DNA of 64,000 nt from positions 960,001 through 1,024,000 of the forward strand of contig CBDFIQ010000002.1 in assembly GCA_965248195.1 (NCBI GenBank), read 5' to 3'. This document shows positions 63,401-64,000 of this stretch, piece after piece (position 1 is the stretch's first letter; every line of letters starts with the position of its first letter). The DNA is from Longimicrobiales bacterium (lineage in GTDB: Bacteria; Gemmatimonadota; Gemmatimonadetes; Longimicrobiales; Gaopeijiaceae). Made by a program: the position numbers and the translations under genes. The notes under the pieces are model-generated. The model was not told the DNA's origin. It ran no database searches and saw only the letters and a list, made by a program, of their open reading frames with translations.

Positions 63401-63507
63401 CGGCCGCCGGAAACTGGGTCTTCCGCTTCGAAGTGTCTCTCACCGACAACCGTGACCTGAAGTTCGATTACGATCAACGCAACACGGACCTCAACAACCC
63501 CTTCTAA
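60496..63507 (+). CDS. lptD: LPS-assembly protein LptD-like
   Basis: FTSC..PHYHF, PVFWLPF, RHSG.LMP, large barrel ending RDLHRW. Confidence 0.85.
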   Translation: MTLGRRPRGRLGPWTVAVALAVVVVGRPTPAAAQVENPSEEELDSARIRVLERLRSLSKPPGVDSTLFVPDSMLGEPRVTPTPQPQAADSFMAALLALPGYSVSLYSGGEARFDAETQRMTLVGTEESPAELRQDEMTVTALDTINLADSLLWTAGETVTERPGEEPVRSSNIIYDRREDRGTAYDAHTTMSQGATWVMDGDLPAILPDTVFGHDINFTSCEETVPHYHFAAREFKAIGGSWFVARNVTLNFDDVPVFWLPFIFQSTESGRHSGVLMPRFGVNDIVRTSRGHTRRVSNVGFFWAINDYADATFAGDWWSDNFTALTGAFRYRVTQKFLNGSANVRRFWRVGGGRELSFDTRHNWIVDERMTVRVSARYASSSSFVRQNSFDPREVTQSINSEGGMNRRFDWGDLSVSADRRQFLSDDRVEMTLPSANLSLKTVTLFRAPGNRARFFNNMTWSGSARYRRSTVSRASQLPSMYTRNLADEVRTTSSISSGLNLGGLGWSQSLSFTETADLGVPAAIAFPGDTLGPQPMGVFDLATADVTWSTSLNYQQRLIGTTTLTPSLQISGAARRSDEIPEASSFVSGPQRLSFGARLKSDIYGYYGGLAGLEAIRHKISPSISYAYAPKILATDLQATVFGAANAFARNLVTVGFNQTFEAKRGEEDADAAEGTEEFGLDLEEDLLASDSIQDARADSLRFPQEAPVGLPEDRPLDDRGFERAPTSTVVNLLALNTSVVTYDFVRARKEGDRLDGFTTTRMRNQISSDFFRGLQLSVEHDIFGTEDRGGEERRVFDPVLSQLNLSFAMSSTSGIVQALGRLFGGGGEAQSGAADPTAADSAAALVDPDELDPSLDNIGNISPTDESSIIPGAGSDDVVGQGPQRAERSRSGGAWNANFSYSLNRSRDSLLPASQLLQMGIRLKPTEKWDLVWRTSYDIEAGKFADHSIRLTRDLHRWQANFNYSQTAAGNWVFRFEVSLTDNRDLKFDYDQRNTDLNNPF

Positions 63508-63540
63508 AGAGCAGGATTCCTCTGTCTCCGGCGGCCGCCG

Positions 63541-63569
63541 ACTTGTCCTCTACGGAGGACAAGTTCTTT
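63541..63569 (+). terminator. Hairpin, putative intrinsic terminator after lptD
   Basis: ACTTGTCCTC-TACG-GAGGACAAGT, a 10-bp stem with UNCG loop followed by TCTTT. Confidence 0.6.
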
Positions 63570-63612
63570 GGCGGCATCACTGGGAACCCTTGTTTCATGC
63601 GGATTCCAGGTT

Positions 63613-63628
63613 TGGTATCGCTTATGCA
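63613..63628 (+). promoter_or_regulatory. Putative sigma54 promoter
   Basis: TGGTAT-CGCTT-ATGCA with GG-N10-GC spacing, ~70 bp before the next ATG. Confidence 0.45.
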
Positions 63629-63699
63629 TTACGTAATGGCTGAAAGGCTGTCGCGGACCCGGGACGGGTCCCACTCAACGCCAGCGAGGAATTGGAATC

Positions 63700-64000
63700 A
63701 TGTGGAAACGGGTGCTTATACTGACGGGGGTGGTGCTCCTGGGGGCTTGTAACGACAACGATACGATCTTGGTCCCGGTCGATGGCCCCGCTCCCCCCAT
63801 TGATTTGGACGCCGGGTATTTCAATCGGGCAGTGACCGTGTACTGGGACCTTTCTTCGGCGTGGAATGGTGAGACGTTCCGGATCTTCGGCAAGCGGGTC
63901 GGAGATGCGTCTTTTTTCCTCATCGCGGAGGTGACCAGTTGCTCTGCGGGAAGCTGTGAGTACACAGACACGAACATCGTGTCCAACGTGAGTTACGATT
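63700..64000 (+). CDS. Lipoprotein with FN3-like fold (partial, runs off the right edge)
   Basis: MWKRVLILTGVVLLGAC lipobox; PAPP..L, VTVYW, YTDTN pattern. Confidence 0.7.
   Translation, partial: MWKRVLILTGVVLLGACNDNDTILVPVDGPAPPIDLDAGYFNRAVTVYWDLSSAWNGETFRIFGKRVGDASFFLIAEVTSCSAGSCEYTDTNIVSNVSYD

Overview
High-GC bacterial chromosome segment; gene order and protein styles suggest Gemmatimonadota (inference). Bases ~1-32.8 kb are a large, heavily rearranged surface-polysaccharide locus. It contains a nonulosonic-acid module (NeuA/NeuB/NeuC-like plus a deacetylase), an SDR-acyl ligase-ACP-GNAT acyl cassette, methyl- and sulfotransferases, a Wzy-like polymerase, a WecA-like initiator, two SLBB-rich export genes (one frameshifted), ugd, gmd-fcl, several epimerases, many gene relics and an IS3-family element. 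An IS256-family element with an 8-bp target duplication follows. From ~34.9 kb the genes are housekeeping: TPR proteins, bamD, nadD, secA, radC, rel, uvrB, tsaE-tsaB-rimI, ccsA-hemA, tol-pal-cpoB, nrdR, tatC, lptD. The most notable observations are: (1) a 473-aa LAGLIDADG intein inside a UDP-glucuronate decarboxylase; (2) a ~90-bp promoter/leader element in three copies ahead of polysaccharide genes, one followed by a relic of a NusG-paralog antiterminator; (3) two inverted structured-DNA elements between secA and radC with a conserved core and sequence-unrelated perfect outer stems; (4) a chimeric gene carrying a recent-looking copy of the Pal domain; (5) gmd-fcl bracketed by a duplicated ugd 3' end. 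No rRNA, tRNA or CRISPR array was seen.
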